From an uncultured Candidatus Peribacteria bacterium (GTDB lineage Bacteria; Patescibacteriota; Gracilibacteria; Peribacterales; Peribacteraceae), in assembly GCA_964648045.1 (NCBI GenBank), contig CAZYNU010000001.1, forward strand, positions 17,208-81,207: DNA of 64,000 nt, read 5' to 3'. The notes below the pieces were generated by a model, which did not search any database, was not told the origin of the DNA, and saw only the letters and a list, made by a program, of their open reading frames with translations. Every line of letters starts with the position of its first letter. The stretch's first letter is position 1. Shown here piece by piece: positions 62,115 through 64,000 of this stretch. The translations under genes were made by a program, and so were the position numbers.

Positions 62115-64000
62115 ATGCGCCGCGCCTCCCTCGCCGCCGGCTTCCTTGCCCTCCTCCTGCCTACCGCCGGAGCCGTCTTTGCAGCGGGCGCACTGGAGGT
62201 GGCCGACTCCGTCGCGGGTCTCAGCCTGGGCATCGACCTCTACGGCCTTTCTCCTTCTTCTGCCTACACCATCGAAGTGGCCGGTCCGACAGGCACTCGC
62301 ACCATCGCCGCCGCCACCAACGCCCAAGGCTCGGCCGAAGCCGTGATGCGCGGCGAAGATCTCACGCGTGCCGGCCGCTACACGGCCACGCTGGTACAAG
62401 GCGGCCAACCCACCGGCACGCAATCGGCCTTTACCGTCTACCCAGACCAGCCGTCCATGTCGGTCTCGCAGCTGGCTGGTGATCGCACCTCGCTGCAGGC
62501 CGATGGTCAAGACAGCCTGGCCGTGGCCGTGCACCTTACCGATCGCTACGGCAACGGCGTCCCCGATCGGCCGCTGGCGCTCGTGCCCAGCCGTACCAGT
62601 GACGTCGTCACCAAGATCGACGCCCACACCGACGCCGAGGGCTGGCAACGTTTCTATGTAACCGCCGTGCAAGCAGGACAAATGACACTCCGCGCCACTG
62701 ACCTCGTGAGTGGCCAAACGCTAGACGACGTCCTTACGGTTTCCGTGGGTGGCGGCATGGGTGGCGACGACGACCCTCCCGTCTTCACGGCCCAACTCAC
62801 GCCACCGGTACCCACCGTCGTCGATCGCTTCGAAGTGTTACTGCCAAGCACACTCGCCGCCGGTATTGAGGCCCAAACCTTCACCGTCCGCGCCGTCGAC
62901 AAGAACGGCGCCGTGGTACCTTCGTACGTCAGCAAGGTGCGCTTCCGCTCAAGCGACCCCCTGGCCGAGCTGCCGGGTCTGGACGACACCTACCAGTTCG
63001 TCGCCAAGGACCAAGGCGTGAAAACGTTCGCCCTCGCGCTCAAGCTCTCAACTCCCGGCACACAAACCGTCACGGTCGAAGACAGTGAAGACGGGTCCAT
63101 TCGTGGCACCGCCACCATCACCGTCACGGGCCAAGGTCCAGGCGGAGGCGGCACCATTAGCATTGAGAGCCCCGCTCAGGGCAGCGCCGTGGGTGGCACC
63201 AGCGTGACGATCGTCGGCAAGGGGCCGGTGCTGGCCAACATCGTCTCTAGTGGTGGCCTGGCCATTGCCCGAGGAGCCACCGGCGACGATGGCTCATTTG
63301 CCCTGACCGTCCACATTGGCACCGGCCCCGATATCGCCATCAGCATCAGTGACGACACCGGCCGCTTCCGCTCCCCTACCCTCCGTCTCAAGGTCGACGC
63401 CGAGGCCCCCAAGATCGATCTCATTTCCTTCGCGCCGGAGCGACCCGTCGCCGGCCAGGAGGTAACCGCCTCGCTCAAGACCGCCGCCACCGATGTGACC
63501 AAGGCCATCATCAAGCTGACCGACAGCAAGAACGTGACGCAGACCCTCACACTCATGCCCATGGGCTCGGCCCTCTACCAAGCAAAATTCACGGCCGCAC
63601 TGGCGGGCATGTACCAAGTATCGGGCGCCGCCGTGGATCTGGTGGGCAACACGGGCAGCCTGCTCGTCACCCTTGGCATCCGGCCGGCCGCACCCACAAA
63701 CGTGCGCGTGGCCCCCAAAGGACAACTGATGGAAGTCACCTGGACAGCCAGCCCCAGCACGGTTGACGGCTATCGCATCTACATCGGCGAGAAGGAGGGC
63801 GAATGGGATTACGCCCTCGATACGCGCCAGTCCGAGTCACCTCTCACGACCACCGCCAACGTGAAAGACCTAGAGCCCGGCCAACCCTACAGCTTCGCCG
63901 TCTCGGCCGTGGTAGGCGACCTGGAGAGCGATCTCAGCGCCACCGCCCGCCAGACCTCTCTTGGCCTAGGCCTCACCATCCAACCTGCCGATGGCGCCCT
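62115..64000 (+). CDS. Large secreted surface protein with Big_1-like Ig domains and an FN3 domain (partial; continues past the right edge)
   Basis: Not in the ORF track (no stop in the window). From ATG 62115 there is an open frame of more than 628 codons: MRRASLAAGFLALLLPTAGAVFA signal, LQADGQDSLAVAVHLTDRYGNGV (Big_1-like), and APTNVRVAPKGQLMEVTWTASPSTVDGYRIYIG (FN3-like). Confidence 0.7.
   Translation, partial: MRRASLAAGFLALLLPTAGAVFAAGALEVADSVAGLSLGIDLYGLSPSSAYTIEVAGPTGTRTIAAATNAQGSAEAVMRGEDLTRAGRYTATLVQGGQPTGTQSAFTVYPDQPSMSVSQLAGDRTSLQADGQDSLAVAVHLTDRYGNGVPDRPLALVPSRTSDVVTKIDAHTDAEGWQRFYVTAVQAGQMTLRATDLVSGQTLDDVLTVSVGGGMGGDDDPPVFTAQLTPPVPTVVDRFEVLLPSTLAAGIEAQTFTVRAVDKNGAVVPSYVSKVRFRSSDPLAELPGLDDTYQFVAKDQGVKTFALALKLSTPGTQTVTVEDSEDGSIRGTATITVTGQGPGGGGTISIESPAQGSAVGGTSVTIVGKGPVLANIVSSGGLAIARGATGDDGSFALTVHIGTGPDIAISISDDTGRFRSPTLRLKVDAEAPKIDLISFAPERPVAGQEVTASLKTAATDVTKAIIKLTDSKNVTQTLTLMPMGSALYQAKFTAALAGMYQVSGAAVDLVGNTGSLLVTLGIRPAAPTNVRVAPKGQLMEVTWTASPSTVDGYRIYIGEKEGEWDYALDTRQSESPLTTTANVKDLEPGQPYSFAVSAVVGDLESDLSATARQTSLGLGLTIQPADGA

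Noticed and set aside
62091-62717. 208-aa minus-strand ORF and neighbouring short ORFs at 62030-63760
   Set aside because: They are shadows of the plus-strand open frame of more than 628 codons starting at 62115. That frame has a signal peptide and Big_1/FN3-like domains, and it is absent from the track only because it has no stop inside the window.
1-64000. Alternative genetic code (UGA recoding), as in some candidate phyla
   Set aside because: Conserved proteins (gyrA, glyA, trpS, dnaX, P-type ATPase) read through without internal stops under the standard code. TGA is clearly used as a stop, including in the ATGA overlaps at 1903, 15762 and 54138.

Overview
High-GC (about 60-65% by eye), gene-dense bacterial chromosomal segment read with the standard genetic code. 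I support about 65 protein genes and three tRNAs (Val-CAC, Ala-UGC, Cys-GCA, each with an encoded CCA). I see no rRNA, CRISPR array, transposase, integrase or reverse transcriptase. Housekeeping genes are scattered singly: pyrD, maf, trpS, glyA, dnaX, dcd, a SpoVG-like gene, hrcA, rpmE, gyrA, rsmI, ruvA, pgi and trxA. They are interleaved with envelope and secreted proteins (a DipZ-like CcdA-thioredoxin fusion, a DsbA-like lipoprotein, an LPXTG/DUF11-like serine-rich protein, a Cys-repeat/IPT/Kazal-like protein, a Big_1/FN3 surface protein), a GT + GH57 + GH15 glucan module, an ArsR + 3x SRPBCC + DUF1428 cluster, three Nudix-type genes, a P-type ATPase and many hypotheticals. Two ORFs that run off the window edges are missing from the ORF track and are added here (1..226 minus, 62115..64000 plus). 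A 32-aa Cys-rich ORF below the track cut-off is also added. The main unexplained content is as follows. (1) A four-gene operon encoding 137-, 150-, 820- and 1536-aa proteins with no recognisable domains, directly upstream of gyrA. (2) A CIRCE-controlled hrcA whose stop lies 1 nt from the start of an orphan TraD/VirD4-like P-loop ATPase. (3) The Cys-rich mini-ORF with its own terminator, divergent from an HxlR regulator. (4) An ORF-poor stretch of about 0.8 kb downstream of glyA that is G-rich on the plus strand and rich in hairpins. (5) A family of intergenic repeat modules shared by the glyA and tRNA-Ala upstream regions. (6) Many genes with a -10-like hexamer 6-10 nt before the start codon, suggesting widespread leaderless mRNAs. 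The overall gene mix is reminiscent of a reduced-genome, Gram-positive-type lineage such as Patescibacteria/CPR, but that is only an impression. All family calls come from motif recognition by eye. No searches were run.
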